A stretch of DNA of 64,000 bases from Tubulanus polymorphus. Its lineage: Eukaryota > Animalia > Nemertea. Where the stretch lies: NCBI RefSeq assembly GCF_964204645.1, contig NC_134028.1, positions 20,704,345 through 20,768,344 on the forward strand, in the 5' to 3' direction. Positions 34,646 to 49,235 of the stretch are shown piece after piece. A program made the position numbers and the translations under genes. A model generated the notes under the pieces. That model made no database searches. It was not told where the DNA came from and saw nothing but the letters and a program-made list of their open reading frames with translations. Each line of letters starts with the position of its first letter. Position 1 is the stretch's first letter.

Positions 34646-35170
34646 CGGCGTCAAGGTGAAACAAGCCCCTAATTGAACCAATTACGAGTTTCTGTCAAAT
34701 TTCATTTTTCGAAAAGTTGATTCGCTCGACGACCTTGAGAAAACACTCGGAACGGAATTAAATGCAATTTCTTTATTGATTAATCAAAAATTGATCTTGC
34801 ATAGATAAAACAGCAGTGGCGTTATGGTTCATCATTTAACTGTCCAATTTGAACTTTTTGCAGTTTCTGTGAAGTCTAGTCGCATTCTGACCCTCTGAAA
34901 AATGTAGTTCGTCGACCGGAAGGTGCTGCCTCTTGTGGTCGAACATAGCACTAATACGGAAGTAAATGGCGACGTATAGTGAGTGAATCGCAATAATTTT
35001 CTCCGTTCGTTAATAGTTTTAAGTCGATCGAAAGCGGCGATGAATAATGTGAATAATGTATAACTCGAGGGGAAGCAGCGGATCAGAGAATTATACCACA
35101 ATTCATCGTTCCAAAACTACGTCGGCAGTGAACCACGAAACCCGAGCGAAAGCCGGAGACGAGTCGAGTG

Positions 35171-38100
35171 ATGGCTGTGGCTGGACCTACAACTCCTACT
35201 TCGCCTACAACTCCTACTCCTAATTCTCCGTCGGCTAAACTCATCGATAAACCGTATGATTATTTGTTAAAGTTTTTATTAGTCGGCGACAGTGATGTCG
35301 GTAAGGAGGAATTATTGAATGGATTGGATACCGGCGCAGCTGAGTTACCGTACGGGTTCACAACTAGCGGTAATTATGGCGATTTACTTGATCCACATCT
35401 ACGTGTTACTATTCCACTTATCATCATTTACTTATCTACATCTACATATTACTATTCCACTGATCATCATTTACTTTATCCACCTCTACGTGTTACTATT
35501 CCACTTATCATTTACTTATCTACATCTACATATTACTATTCCACTGATCATCATTTACCTTATCCACCTCTACGTGTTACTATTCCACTTATCATCATTT
35601 ACTTCATCCACCTCTTAAGTGTTACTATTCCACTTATCATCATTTACATTATCCACATCTAGGTAGAACTATTCCACTTATCGTCATTTACTTTATCCAC
35701 ATCTACGTATTACTATTCCACTTATCATCATTTACTTTAACCACATATATGTATTAGGCCTACTATTCCACTTATCATCATTTACTTTATCCTCCTCTAC
35801 GTATTACTATTCCACTTATCATCATTTACTTTAACCACATATATGTATTAGGCCTACTATTCCACTTATCATCATTTACTTTTTCCACCTTCCATGATTC
35901 CATTTTGATTCCACTCATTTATCCACCTCTACTGGCTGATAAAATTCCATTTCATTCACACCTACAGGACCCAGTACAGTTCCTAATAATAATCCACAGT
36001 TCTGAGTTAAGATTTGACTCTTGTGAGTTAACTCATTGAAAATGAACTGATTTTAACTCTAGAGTTAACTATAACTCGCAACTATTGAACTACTTTTTAG
36101 GATTTTATATATCCTTTACAGCCAAGCCCCGATATACTGCCCTCTCATATATCGCCACCCCTGCCTAACACCAGGTTTTCTCAATGTACATCTCTATACA
36201 AATACTGAGTAAAACACCCCTGATGTGGGCGGTATATCGGGGGTTGACTGTATCTTTACTAAAACACTTCCTCAATATCGGTAATTGCTACAAATTTACT
36301 TAACCCTTTCAGTGCTGACTAATCAATACCCTATAGTGCTGGAGATGATTTGAAAATTTTGATAAAATGCCACCCTAGTGTGTTGAATAACGGGAATACC
36401 ACTATAGTGCGTCTACACCGCGGCGCTGTGTATCGTTAATTACTCATATTTAACTACATTTGACAGGTGCTGCCATCTTTCAATAAAGATAAAACTTATC
36501 ACAAATTACATCAATACACCGCAGTGCGGTTTACTAGCAAAATCCATCACCGATTTATACACTGCACTGCGGTGTCGACGCACTGAAAGGGTTAAATGAG
36601 CATCTTGTACATGAAAAAAGAAGTTGATGATATGTAACTTTAGGTTATGTATGGAAAATCTATAATCTGCCTGGGTATGGAAAATGAAATTGGTTAACTC
36701 GGTAGGATGTAAGAACCCTGTTGATAATGATGATTTTAACTCTGCAGGCTATTTGAGAAGGGTTGAAATGCTTCAGCTTGTACTCAAAAGGGCAGTAGGT
36801 GATCAGGCAATGCTGCAGAATTCTCGACGTTTATTGTAATGATTTCTGTAAATTTCAGGAATCGATTATAAAACCACAACGATTTTATTGGATGGAAAAA
36901 GAGTGAAGTTACAGTTATGGTAAGTGCAAAGAGAGTGCAGAGATGCAGAGCTGCCAACTGTTCCGGATTTTCAGTATTTGTTACTTTTCCATAATTGATG
37001 AGAAATACGGATTTGATTTTTTGATGCACATAGAAATATGAAAGATGTTACTGCGGGTCCTACTGTCGATTAATGATCAATTTGAACATGTTCTATCATG
37101 TTTCAATGAAATATTACTGAAAAAGTATCAATTTGTTACTGGTAGCACTTTTCAGAGGTTGGCATCTCTGGAGATGGAGAAATGTCCACGTAGTTTTCCC
37201 TAGCAGATATAGATGTAGAGTGTTTGAAAAGCGGGGGGATTCGGGGGCAGTGCACTGTGAATGGAAATTAATTCATAGTTGCTGGCATAGGTGATCTGGG
37301 GGATCCTACACAGGAAAAAATGCTTGTGCTGTAGAAGGCATTTATTGCATTAAATCAATATTTTCAAAAAATAATTCAGGTATTATAATAATCATTCCTC
37401 ATTTATTTTCCCGATGTTTTCTTTTTTTTCACCACAACGCTCAATTGAAAAATGGGGCACGCAACCTTCCTGAATGCCCCTCTTAATCCACCCCTGCTGT
37501 AGTTTGTGAATCTCCATTATAGAAGATAGGAAGTACGCATGTATTAGAGCAGGTGTTCACCACAGACTGTAACAGTCTGACGCTCTGTTTATATAGGCCC
37601 TGATACTGAATAAAAAAACCCGTCTGTCTGGATTTATTTTCCCCCTTGTTAAAACATGTTTATTCTAATAATAAGTGGGGTACATATTGAGCATAGGCTT
37701 TGCGTTCAGGACTGGACCCAGGTCTAAACGTTTACTTAAATCATTTCCCCTTTATTAAAACATGTTTATTTTTATGATAAGTTAGGTACATATTGAGCGT
37801 AGGGTTTGCGTTCTGGACTGGACTCGGGTCTAAACATGGTCTTAAATCGTGCAGCCGGATGTAAACAGGGGCGGATCCATAATTTCCAAAGCCGGGAGGT
37901 GCTCTGCTAGTAATATTTGAGAAAATCTTGAAAAACCTCAGTCCAATTTCCGTGTGTTCTGAGCGTTTTTATGCACTGCTTGATACGCATGTATCTAAAA
38001 TGTACTTTGAAATGTACGGTAATGTTGAAAACTGATGATAAATGATAGAAAGGAAATTTATGTAAGGGGGCAGGTGCCGTAGCAGCACCCAAAGAAGCCC

Positions 38101-38521
38101 TGGATCCATGACTGGTTAAGTTTTTGGTAGGGTTGGCTAATGAACCAGGCAGTGTTTAGACTGGTCTGGAATCAAAGCCTTATCAGCGCATAAAAGTGAA
38201 TGTGGTCGCCTTCACAGGGTCGCTCTCTAGTTTATTCGTTTCCAATAATTCAAACGTTCAATTCAAATTCCGAATTATCTAACGAGGCTGTAGAACTTCA
38301 GGTATAAAGGATAGGTTGATTCAATGCACACGGCTCCTATGTTTTGCAAAGGATTCCACCAAATAGAACCCGCAGAGAGTGTAAGCAGTACTGCTGTATT
38401 TGCTCGGAGGGCAGTTTACTGTGTTTATCTCGCAGTGTTTATCTCATAGCTCTCTCTCTCTCCCCCTCTCTCTCTCCCCCTCCCTCCCCTCCCCTCCCTC
38501 CCTCCCTCCCTCCCTCCCTCC

Positions 38522-38577
<56 letters not shown>

Positions 38578-38841
38578 CTCCCTCCCTCCCTCCCTCCCTC
38601 CCTCCCTCCCTCCCTCCTCCCTCTCTCTCTCTCTCTCTCTCTCCCTCTCTCTCTCTCCCCCCCTCTCCCTCTCCCCCTCTCCCTCTCTCCCCCTCCCCCC
38701 CCTCCCCCTCCCCCTCCTCCTCCCCTCCCCTCCCCCTCCCCCTCCCCTCCCCCTCCCCCTCCCCCTCCCCTCCCCCTCCCCCTCCCCCTCCCCCTCCCCC
38801 TCCCCCTCCCCCTCCCCCTCCCCCTCCCCCTCCCCCTCCCT

Positions 38842-38918
<77 letters not shown>

Positions 38919-41900
38919 TCCTTTTCACTTCATTGCACCCCTAACACCCCTCTAAAACATGATATCAGTGTTTAACTGGTGTAAAGAGTTGTGCCGAAGA
39001 AACCTGTTGGTTAATGATTTCTACTTAGAACTCAGTAGAGATCTCACATAGGCTGAGAGAGTGGATAGATATAGAACCATTTAACGCCAACCAGTACAAC
39101 TCCCTCGATTTCTTAAAAACTCCTAAACAGAAAAAGCTTTTAAAGGCGCTTGAAGCTCCTTTTAATTTGAGCAAAAATGCCCAAAACTCCTTAAATTTTC
39201 GAGAAATAGGCAATAAGAAATGTTCGTGATTGTACAGACTACACCTCAATTGGTGCAGTTGGGACCAAGATTTTTTTTAACCCAGCTGATAAATAAGAAA
39301 CATAGTTTAGTTTTTTTTAATGTATACACGATGAAATTTTGCTTTCAAAACCATCAAATAACTGGTTTGCCGAGATAAACAGTTACCACGTCAGGAGGTA
39401 TCTATTGTTAATAGGGATATGAAAATGATGCAAAATTTAGAACGTTTTCCTTTCAAACTACTTAAAAACTCCTTTATAGCCATAGCCAGAAACAACTGAT
39501 CTAGACTTAGAGTTTGTAGCCTTTTGTCTTTATAATGTCAAGGACTTCAAACTTTTTCACACTTTCAATCAGTACCAGGTAGTTTATGATTCTGCCGGTA
39601 GCTTTTTGATACTAAAGTATTGTGTATACACACTACTATTTTTTCTCAAAATGAATAACCGTAAAAAAATAATCATGACCTAAATACAATATGTAGCATT
39701 CAGTGAAATCACAATTCATTGTATATAGAATACGTAAATACTGAACAAGCAGCAGTTAATTGCGTATTTGATGCTGCGAAATTGATGAAGATCATTTGAT
39801 CCGTACTATATAGAGATAGAACACATGATCCTCGTAACAATAAGAGTTCTATATAATACATGTAATAAAAAGGTTCGAAATTTGCAAATTCTGATTTTAG
39901 TTCATTTCGCGGGGCTCTGTTGATATCATTTCAAATCTACGCATGTTTCGTACGTTTTTACACGATCGCGATCATCAGCCGCGATCACACGTGCATTTTT
40001 GGCCCGTGCCAAATTTGGCCCGGAACAACTGTTCACACGGGTGCCAAATGGGCCCGAGCCTGTTTGGCCCGGGCCAAATTTGGCCCCGACCAAAAACGTC
40101 GGACCAGGCCCGAGCCTAATTTTAGCACCAGACAAATGATTGCGTTTGAATTGCAACTAGCACCGGAAATGATCCACTTCGCTTTGTTTAAGCATTGTTG
40201 CGTATCGAGTGAATGGTTTGCGTGTGAACACGCTCTCTAATTAGGCACAGACCAAATTTGGCCGAGCCTGATCGGTGCCAATTTGGCCCGGGCCAAATCG
40301 TCTCCGTGTGATCGCGGCTTATCGTATATATCTGTCGGGGTTTAATCTTTGCTACCTTGAATCGGCGCGGGCTATAAGCCGCCTCTTATCCCTCGCATTG
40401 CGTATCCTCTAGGCCTATCGGAAGGCCTATTAATCTTAATTGATTACATTGTACAGGGTGGCTTACTCCCTCATCTTTTATTAAGCGTTCAATTATTAAA
40501 GCGTCTCGTTGAAAATAATGCCCGCTTTTACGTAATCTATCATATCGAGGTCGCATGCCGGTATTCTCTAGGACTACTTCCATTCCTAAAGCTAAGCATA
40601 CATCGACAAAGCGATTGGAGACAACTAGTTGCTAGTAAGCGTGTACCCCGCCCACATTGAAAATTTAATGAAAGCTAGCAACTGCGTGGCTCATATCGGT
40701 CGTCAGGTCCATAGGGTGTACATCGACAGCAACTGAGATGTGTTTTAGCAAGTATTCTTGAGGGCATCACAAGTCACGTGACAAATTGCTTTGTTTTAGT
40801 CAGTTGCGCCATGTGTTGTTGATTATAGAGCGCTCACATCGACGGATATAACAGCAACTGAGTACAACTAGTTGCTCAAAAGTAGAACATCGGCAACTGG
40901 CTGGAACTGGAGATAGATGGACGCTAGTCAGTCGTAAGCTCGCTCATATCGAAAAAAATTCGAGCAACTGATTGTATCCAGCCAGTTCCTCTCGTGCGCC
41001 GAAAACTGCCCGGCAACTAGTTGTCTCCAATCGCAGTGTCGATGTATGCTAGGCTATCGTATGTACTATTGTGATGTGGTTACGATCGTACATGCATAGA
41101 ATTGAAAACTCAGTCAGTGCCGATGATAAATTATTGAACGAAATTCAAAACTGAATATATTGACAGTTATACTGTTGGTGATTAGTATTCTCGGTGTACA
41201 TTGTATTAGTATTGTTTGAATATTGGATTGAGTTTTTACGCGAGGAAACTTAATTCGATTGACCAGCTGCAGTTGCTACTGCTACTGAGCCTCTATACTT
41301 ACAGCTCATGTAGTTGGTATTATATTTGAAGTATTTTCCGCTCAATGGTTTAACTCTCTGGTTTTATAGATTTTATATGTAATTAAGGCATGCATTGAAT
41401 TATTAATGAAGTCCTCCTGGACCCAATTCCACCGTTCCGCTGAGTCAGGATTGATTTGACTCAAGAGTTAACTCATTGAGAGAATGAACTATACAGTCAG
41501 TCAAGCCCCAATATACCGTCCTCCCATATACCGCCACCCCCGCCTACCGCCAGGATTTATCAATGTACATCTCCATACAAATACTGAGTAAAATACCCCC
41601 TATATACCGCCATAATCTCTATACTGCCAAAATCGTTCTGCGCTGATGTGGGCGGTATATCAGGGGTTGACTGTAGTTTTAATTAAGTTAACTTGCATCA
41701 CTCTGGGGCTGGATCCTGGAATTATTTACGTTATTGAATGAAGTTTGAGCCACTTCAAACCACATTGATGAATTATTCAACATTTCCACCCCTACTATCC
41801 TTAGGCATTGGTTGCCGCAAAAAGTGTATTGGCCACTAGGGGGCACTAGTTTAGCCCAGTTATTAACCAAAAAAAGAAATGGACAGAAGAAGCATGGAAA

Positions 41901-44561
41901 AACTGGAACAGAATCAAAATCAGAATGCAAAATAAAAATGCTTAAAATTGCTTACTTTAGAACAAAAAAATTTTAAGGACCTTACGAAGTGCTTTCTTTT
42001 CACAAAAAAACAACTTTCAATAAGGCTAAACAGAAATGATACCTTGTTTCTCCGTAGCGGCCGGGTAATTTTTGTTGAATATAATAAAATTAGTTATCAG
42101 TTCATTTCTATAGCTGTCGGGTCTGTTATGGTAAAATTGATCACGATTTTAAAAAAAGTAATGTACAGCGTAGATAGGCAGCCGGCCGGGTCAACCTTTA
42201 ATAAGCTCAGCAGAAATGAGAAACAATGTATCAATTTTTTTAGCCTAAGTGCTTGCTTTTGACTCACCTGGTTGACGTCCACGAGTTGTGTTCGAATTAG
42301 GACGAAGATCGCAATCTTAAGCGATAAGAAAAGTATCGCTTTCGCCCCTGAAAAACTGCTTTCTTTTTCTATTTCGAAAAGTGTTAAACTTTTTTCCTCA
42401 TCCCGATGAACCCTCATTTTATCGTTTTTTGTTTACGATGCATTTCAGGGACACGTCGGGTCAAGGTCGATTCTGTACAATATTCCGTTCTTATTCTCGA
42501 GGTGCCCAGGTAAGAGATATATCAAATTCGCTGTCTTTCTCCGACATTCCTTGGTTTATGTAATGTATGTATGTAACACGTGGTGGCGCTACTGCGCATT
42601 TAATTGTACTTAGTGCTGTAGATAACAATATACTAATTAAACTCGCTAGATTTGTAAATGCTGGTCTCAAGCTACTTAAGTAAAATTCATGTACACGTAT
42701 TGGTTATCTCTATTACTTTTCTATTCTATGTGTATTTCTGTTTTCTTGTTTTTAAGTTTTGTAGATTATAAATTTTTATTGTGTAAATTCTTGTAACCTC
42801 TATAAACCAATGTTTGGTTAGAGAGAAATAAACCATTCTATTCTATTCTGTAGGGTATTCTACTGGTTTATGATATCACTAATAAATGGTCGTTTGACGG
42901 AATCGATCGGTGGATAAAAGAGGTTGACGAGGTAATTATTATTCGATGCGCCGCTGTAACCGCGTCTACAATAGCTCGTTGTACCCAGGTTCGCCGAAAA
43001 CCCGCATTCGCAGCGAGTAGTGTTTACGCTTACCGCAGTTTCTGTCCCAGGAATCCACATCTGTAGTTCAAGTTCAATGTCAATTATGGCGCCCGAACGC
43101 TGCATCAAACGTGGGTTTACCGTCTACTCTAGAGAAAATGCGGTTTTACGTGAACACGGGTTCAACACGGAGTGTACCCTTCTTTTTCAAGAAGGGTTTT
43201 GCTAGTTCATCCCACTGAGGTGTATTAAAATGTAAAAAGTAATTAGTTTTTATTTCTATGGAAAGATGGCTGCACCTGTCAAACATTGTGAAATATTACT
43301 AACTAACGATAGACACACTATAGTGGTATTCCCATTATTCAACACACTTTGGTGGAGTTTTTCAAAATTTTCAAATTATCTCCAGCACAATGGGTATTAA
43401 TTAGTCAGCACTGAAAGGGTTAAACTACAATGTTCACCGTGTTGAATTGTTGAATTGTCGTTTCAGCACGCTCCCGGCGTTCCGAAGATTCTCGTCGGTA
43501 ACCGGTTGCATCTAGCGTTCAATCGTCAAGTTTCCGAGGACATGGCCGAAATGTACGCGACGAAGAACGACATGGCGTTTTTCGAGGTCAGTCCGCTGTG
43601 TGACTTCAACGTTACCGAGTCGTTCGCCGAGTTGTCGAGACTCGCTCTGAAACGAAACGGGATGAGTCGATGTTTGTCTCATAATAGAGGTATGTATTAC
43701 TGAACTGTCCCCGCTCTTTCAATGCCAACTTCACGAACTACAAGCACAGACAGATCCATAGGGGTTGCTTTGGTTGCTAGAGCAACCCCCTCAGCAAAAT
43801 CCTTGGTGACTTAAATTGAATTCCAGAGTAGTGATTGGACAGGAGAAATTCTTATACAATGTATATGGTATTATTAAATGCAGTGCCTTAGAACGCTCAG
43901 AATGTAATCTTCACTTGCCAGGGTTTGATTTCCGCCCGTCGAAGCTTACGCCAGCACAAACCTTGGCCTCAGAGCCTTCATTGGTCTCTACCCTGCCCAA
44001 GATTTCTTTGGCTCCAGCAGCCACAAGTCTATATATCTACCCAATCAGATGTGTGGTATTGTTAGAGCAAATCTGCCGGTGAAAAACAATGCAAGCGGCA
44101 ACCAGTCCGGTGTCATGGACCAATGAAGGGGTGCGCATCCAGGTTTGTGTTGTCCTGAGCTTCTGCAAGAGGCAATCAAACCCTGGCAAGTGAGGATGTC
44201 AGAATGTGTGAAAATGAGAGTAACGATTCAAAATTCTCAGCAGAGAGCTTCGCCTTTAGAAAATCCTGGATCCGCCTCCGGTCAGACGTTCGCGGTCTAA
44301 CATTTGTATTTTATCCTTTCAGTGCTATCGTTACAAGAATTGTGCTGTCGATCGATCGTAGCCAACACGACCATATATGGTATCGAACACTTACCGTTGC
44401 CGTCCTCGTTAAAATCATATCTGAAATCGTACTCAATGACGAATAAAACGCGCGTTCGAATGCAGATCTATTTACACAAAGACAAACATAAACGCACGAA
44501 GATTCTGAATCCGAACGACTCGCCGCCGATGAACTGTCGTAAGAGTTGTAGTTTGAGCTAG
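35171..44561 (+). CDS. RAB40: Rab40-family GTPase with SOCS box and CAAX, 6 exons
   Basis: Approximate exons 35171-35368 ([17 protein letters not shown]), 36859-36919 ([20 protein letters not shown]), 42449-42509 (DTSGQGRF), 42854-42931, 43467-43689 ([11 protein letters not shown]), 44323-44561 ([15 protein letters not shown]; CSLS*). Confidence 0.97.
35385..35895. repeat. Minisatellite of about 40-45 bp in RAB40 intron 1
   Basis: Repeated TACTATTCCACTTATCATCATTTACTTTATCCAC. Confidence 0.92.
36304..36591. mobile_element. piggyBac-type MITE; fragments also near 27367 and 43215-43423
   Basis: TTAA-CCCTTTCAGTGC...GCACTGAAAGGG-TTAA. Confidence 0.9.
38450..38925. repeat. Pure polypyrimidine (CT)n/(CCCT)n/(CCCCCT)n tract
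   Basis: Direct reading. Confidence 0.98.
39977..40319. mobile_element. MITE with 15-bp TIR and internal GGCCAAATTTGGCCCG repeats
   Basis: AGCCGCGATCACACG...CGTGTGATCGCGGCT. Confidence 0.8.
40590..41055. mobile_element. MITE with about 43-bp TIR
   Basis: AGCTAAGCATACATCGACAAAGCGATTGGAGACAACTAGTTGC...GCAACTAGTTGTCTCCAATCGCAGTGTCGATGTATGCTAGGCT. Confidence 0.88.
42660..42849 (+). mobile_element. CR1/L2-type LINE 3' end
   Basis: Terminal stem-loop CTCTATAAACCAATGTTTGGTTAGAGAG, AATAAA and (ATTCT)n tail. Confidence 0.65.
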
Positions 44562-45652
44562 CGTTCTTCAGTCGTATGATGTATATACAGTATCCAGTAT
44601 TCTACTACTCGACAGCTATTGATCTGCGGCCTGCAACCATGCGCGCTGCGCTTCACAGTGTTGAACAGGATCGTTCGGGGCTGCAGATTTTCCGATAGGG
44701 TGCTCCACGCTGCGTGCTGAGGGTGTGGTTCAGGACTGCAGATGCCTGAAGACAGGGGCGTGTCCAGGAACTTGTACAAGTCGATGAATTTTTTTGCCTT
44801 CGTTATTCGTCGACAAAGATAATTAATGCATTTCAGCGCGGGAGTACACAATATTGCCTTATTGGACGCCAAAGCGCTTCATGGTACATGACGAGCTCTT
44901 CAAAATTAGCCCCATAGTGCGGGAGTACACCTGATATGGCCTGTTTGGACATCAACATGCTCTTTTGGGACTTGAAAAATTCTCTGATTAGGCCTCTCGA
45001 TCCGCCCCTGGAAAGGAAGGTGGTTAAGGATGGGCTGGTGGTGGGTTAGGGCTGCAGATTCATACTTGTATAAAAAGTCATCTTTCAATACGTGTATATA
45101 TTATTACAGAGCCCAGTTGCACAGCCATGACTTCCGTTACATGTGGTCTATTAAGGAGTTAGATTGGCAATGGAACCATAAGATCAAAATAAGCTCGAAC
45201 TGGTCTTAAATCTGAGCCTTGACCGTGTAACTGGGTTCCGTGTAACTGGGTTCTGGGTTCTAGTTTTGAAATAATTGTGGTCAGTTTTTATACGTAACTT
45301 CGATTGAGCAATAATTAATTCTATAGCATACAAATTCAGGGTCTCTATGACTCCTTGATTCCCTAAAAACTCCTTCTAAACAGGAAGTGCTTTTAAAGGT
45401 GCTTGAAACTCCTTTTATCCGAGCTAAATGCCTGAAACTCCTGAAATGCCTGAAATAGGGGATTAGAAATTTTTGTCTAGTTTGTAGTTGTACAGTCAAC
45501 TACGCCTAAATTGGTACAGGGCTAAGTTTCACAAAAAAGTTAAACTCAAATTTTTGGTGTAATTGCCATTGGTTACTTCATGTTTTCAATGAGGACAACA
45601 ATTCAAACTTAATCGTTTTAGGCTTAAACTTTTCGTGAAACTGGGCCCCATC

Positions 45653-45774
45653 GCACAGGGACTTGACACAAAAGGATTTTGACGGTGTATCTTAGGTACT
45701 ATATATAAAAAGATTTTTTATATATAGTACCTAGGATACTGGGCTCAAAATCCTTTTGTTTTAAGTCCCTGTGC
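45653..45774. mobile_element. Fold-back MITE (adjacent second TIR element about 45518-45648)
   Basis: GCACAGGGACTT..ACAAAAGGATTTTGA..AGGTACTATATATAAAA pairs with its inverse over most of the length. Confidence 0.75.
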
Positions 45775-48323
45775 CCCGTAGGGATTTGGTTTTACCATAA
45801 TAGGGGGTTACCAAATTAGAAACCGAGGATATATTTAGGAGTAGTCTACGGTAATTGGAGTATGAAAGTGAGCAGAAAATTGAAATCTTTTTCTAAAACT
45901 CCTTATATGCAGGAATGACTGATCAGTAGGGACCCGGAGATTGCTAGGTTCACTGTATAGCCTTCAAAAACGTTGAGTATCGTCAGTATGAATTCAGAGT
46001 TCAATTGAAATCTGCTGAAAAATAGAAATGTCGTATCGATCGCCATAGAGAGCACTATTGAAAGGCATTGAATATTTCTACCATTTAGATTTGCAGATTA
46101 CAAATTCTGCCGGTGTTGTACGTACGAGTATGTCGCGGTGCTTTTCCTATACATATTTACATGTCTCAAATAAACTGTAAATAATTGATGAAGTTTTTTT
46201 TTCATCTGCGAAAATAATCTTCCATTCGTTCATGAAAAAAGGTCTTTGTTGTTGAAATCGACTCGAAACAGGCAGCAAATTGTTTTCAAGCAAATCAAAC
46301 TTTTGAAAAATCTAAATGATCCATGATTTTCGATGTATGTGTCTCAGGAAAATATATACAATGAAAAAACGTTTAACTTCTAAGTGTCTGTAACAAAATT
46401 ATGTCATTGCGTAATGAATTCTTACTAGGTTGTTAGTTACCCGCAGTTATCGGATGCAGCACCTGCAATCTCAGATGCACGCCGATGTCTAATATCTTAT
46501 GACCGATTAAACGATGCCATTTTAGTCAACATAGAAATAACTTCTGTAGTGCTAGGCATTTTCACGGGCATATTTCTCCTTACATCGTCTTCTGATACTG
46601 GTGCTTTGAAGTAAAAAAAAAAAGATACGTTCATTTCTTTAACGATTAGATTTAGGTGTCACAATTAACACAATCATAATTTCATGTGCCTTTTAAAACC
46701 GTTTCATATTTAGATAAAACATATGTACTGTACATGTTGTGAACGTATTTGTAAATAGTGTTTTTACTAGGAAAGAGCCGATGTTTTCTCTTTTCAACCT
46801 CTAAAGCAACGACAACGTCTTTACACCTGTTCGTAGTTAATTGCCTTCAACCTTTGAAGTTAATTTATATTTGTGTGTATGGTATCTACCGATACGTGTA
46901 ATGTAGTAGTGCCCCCTCTATTGGATTCGAATTAAAAATTGGTGTAAACTTCATTTGTAAATTGTTGTAAATATCTTTGTAAATACGTAGTATGGTATAA
47001 TACTGTAGTATCTGAATGATGTATTTATTTATTGAGTGACGAGGCCCTGCTACTGCGGGTTGCTCTGAATCGTGTGGCCCCTAACTCCACCATAGGGTGC
47101 ACCGATATCAAACACGGAGGTATTATCTCTTAGTTTTTTTATGACCACGGTTTCATTTTTTGTCAAAATATCGCGGGCCGTGTGAAAACACAGTTGATGA
47201 AGATACGAGAACCAGAAAATAATTGGTGTGAATAATGAGAACGAGTCTACGCTTACTTAGCGCAATCTCATTCAAACTGCCGAGAGTATCAACTCTGGTT
47301 GAATTTTATACTCATCTAGTTTTCTAAGAATTCCAAGATTAAAACTTTGTCCGTTAGGAGCTGCGTCTAGTGACGCCCCCTCGGACGATAAATATTGTTA
47401 TGTTAGGCTTTGAAATAAATGATACCTTGTTTCTCCGAATCGGCTAGGTTCAGGGGCACTTATGAGATTTGTATAAGTCCATCAAATATCTTTCAGTGGC
47501 CTTTTTTATTTTGTCAACAAAGATTATCGGTACCTTCCGGCGCGCGAGCGCCTTAGATTGTCTTTTTGAGATGTGACAAGTCCTTCAAAATTGCCCTCGG
47601 CCTGCCCCTGGGGTCGTTATGTGAAATGAAACAAAATTAACTTGATCATGATTTAAGAAAATAAAACTAATGCGTACAGGCTAGACGGGGCCGAGTCAAT
47701 TTTTAAGCGCAGCCGAAAGAAGAAACAAGGTAACAACGTTTTCTAGCCTTAAAAACTCGTATATGATATCAGAGTCTACGTTTCTGTGTCCGTTTATTAA
47801 AAAGCCAGTGTTTGAATCTGAATTTTCGATAAGTGCTTTGGATTTATTGCTCCCGGGGATGATGCCCGCCGACACCTCCCCTTAGGCCTGAGATTCGCAG
47901 TATTATTGACCACTAATATATAAAGATAGTATTTTAATGTTATCTGTTAGTGCCCCTTCTCTATATGATACTGAAATAAAATTAAAAACAATAACATTTG
48001 AAAATCATTGTATAATCGTTGTTATTATTAGTTTGTTTTAGCCGTTTCCTCATAAGGGGCGAGAGACGGCTGATCTTAGTAGTTTACGTATTTGCCCATG
48101 TCATTCAACAGGATAACCAGATTCCCTGATTTCCCTGATCCGCGCGGGTCCGGCTCATGATAACCATTAGTTAGTTACGTGATCGTTGGTGGTGAGCTTT
48201 TTATAATCGGATGGGCTTATACTTATGTGGTTTGTGAAAATATCCGATCGTGAAACTAAACCACAGTCAGGTTACTGACTAGCTAACCATATGACTTCAT
48301 TCCGTCCCAGCGTTTAAAAAATG

Positions 48324-49235
48324 CAGTGGTGCCATCTATAGTTGAATAACGATACTAAAACGACTGGTTTCAGTTTTAACAGCGATTTTAGATCAATGTT
48401 TCACGATTACTGTTCGGATTAATGTAGTTCTGAGTTATTTTTAATGCTTCGTCACATTTGCATTGTATTTAGACAAAATATTTGAGGAGACTTCTTTCTG
48501 TCCCGGCGTTAAAAAATGCAGCGGGTGGATCTTGGAAAGTTGAAAGGTCGGGGTCCAGAAAAAAAAGGAGAGCATTTCTCAGCAGCCATGTCATAGGCCG
48601 CTAGTAAGGTCACTCCATCCTAGGGTTAGATATATTTTTGAAGAAAACTGCCCTTAAACATTCAAATACCGATAGGATGAGTGTCAAATTTGCAGGTTTG
48701 AATGATCTCTGTCTTAACGAAAAGGGCATCCTCAGTGGGAAAAGACAGAGCTCCGGGCCCCGAGACCACCCTTAAATCCACCACTAAAATGACACCCTGG
48801 TTAGCATGTCCAGTTACCGATGTCGCTTTCAAAAATTGTTTGTTTGAATTCAGCGCGACAAAAATCCATCGAAGCGAAAACTTCAAGTATTACAGAGAAA
48901 ATCTTGAATCGCGCTCTTTGAAATATCGGGGGATTTGTCGACCTCCGACGGCTATTTATACCGTAAAAGAAGGTCAATGAAATATTCCAATTACACGACA
49001 ATCACAAATACATCGATAGAAATAAATGAATCAAAGAATGGAGCGTTACGGGTAATCGCCGGCGAGTACGCGCCAGTGGTGCCATCTATAGCTGAATAAC
49101 AATACTAAAACGACTGGTTTCAGTTTTGAATGCGATTAGATCAATGTTTTACGATTACTGTTCGGATTGATGTAGTTCTGAGTTATTTTTAATGCTTCGT
49201 TACATTTGCGTTGTATTTAGACAAAATATTTGAGG
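48324..49235. repeat. Direct duplication of about 165 bp (48324-48487 and 49074-49235)
   Basis: CAGTGGTGCCATCTATAG...GACAAAATATTTGAGG in both. Confidence 0.85.

Noticed and set aside
35369-35662. Hydrophobic extension of RAB40 exon 1
   Set aside because: Read-through into an intronic minisatellite after the donor at about 35369
38344-38975. Pro/Ser/Leu-rich and Arg/Glu/Gly-rich ORFs
   Set aside because: Translations of the CT microsatellite
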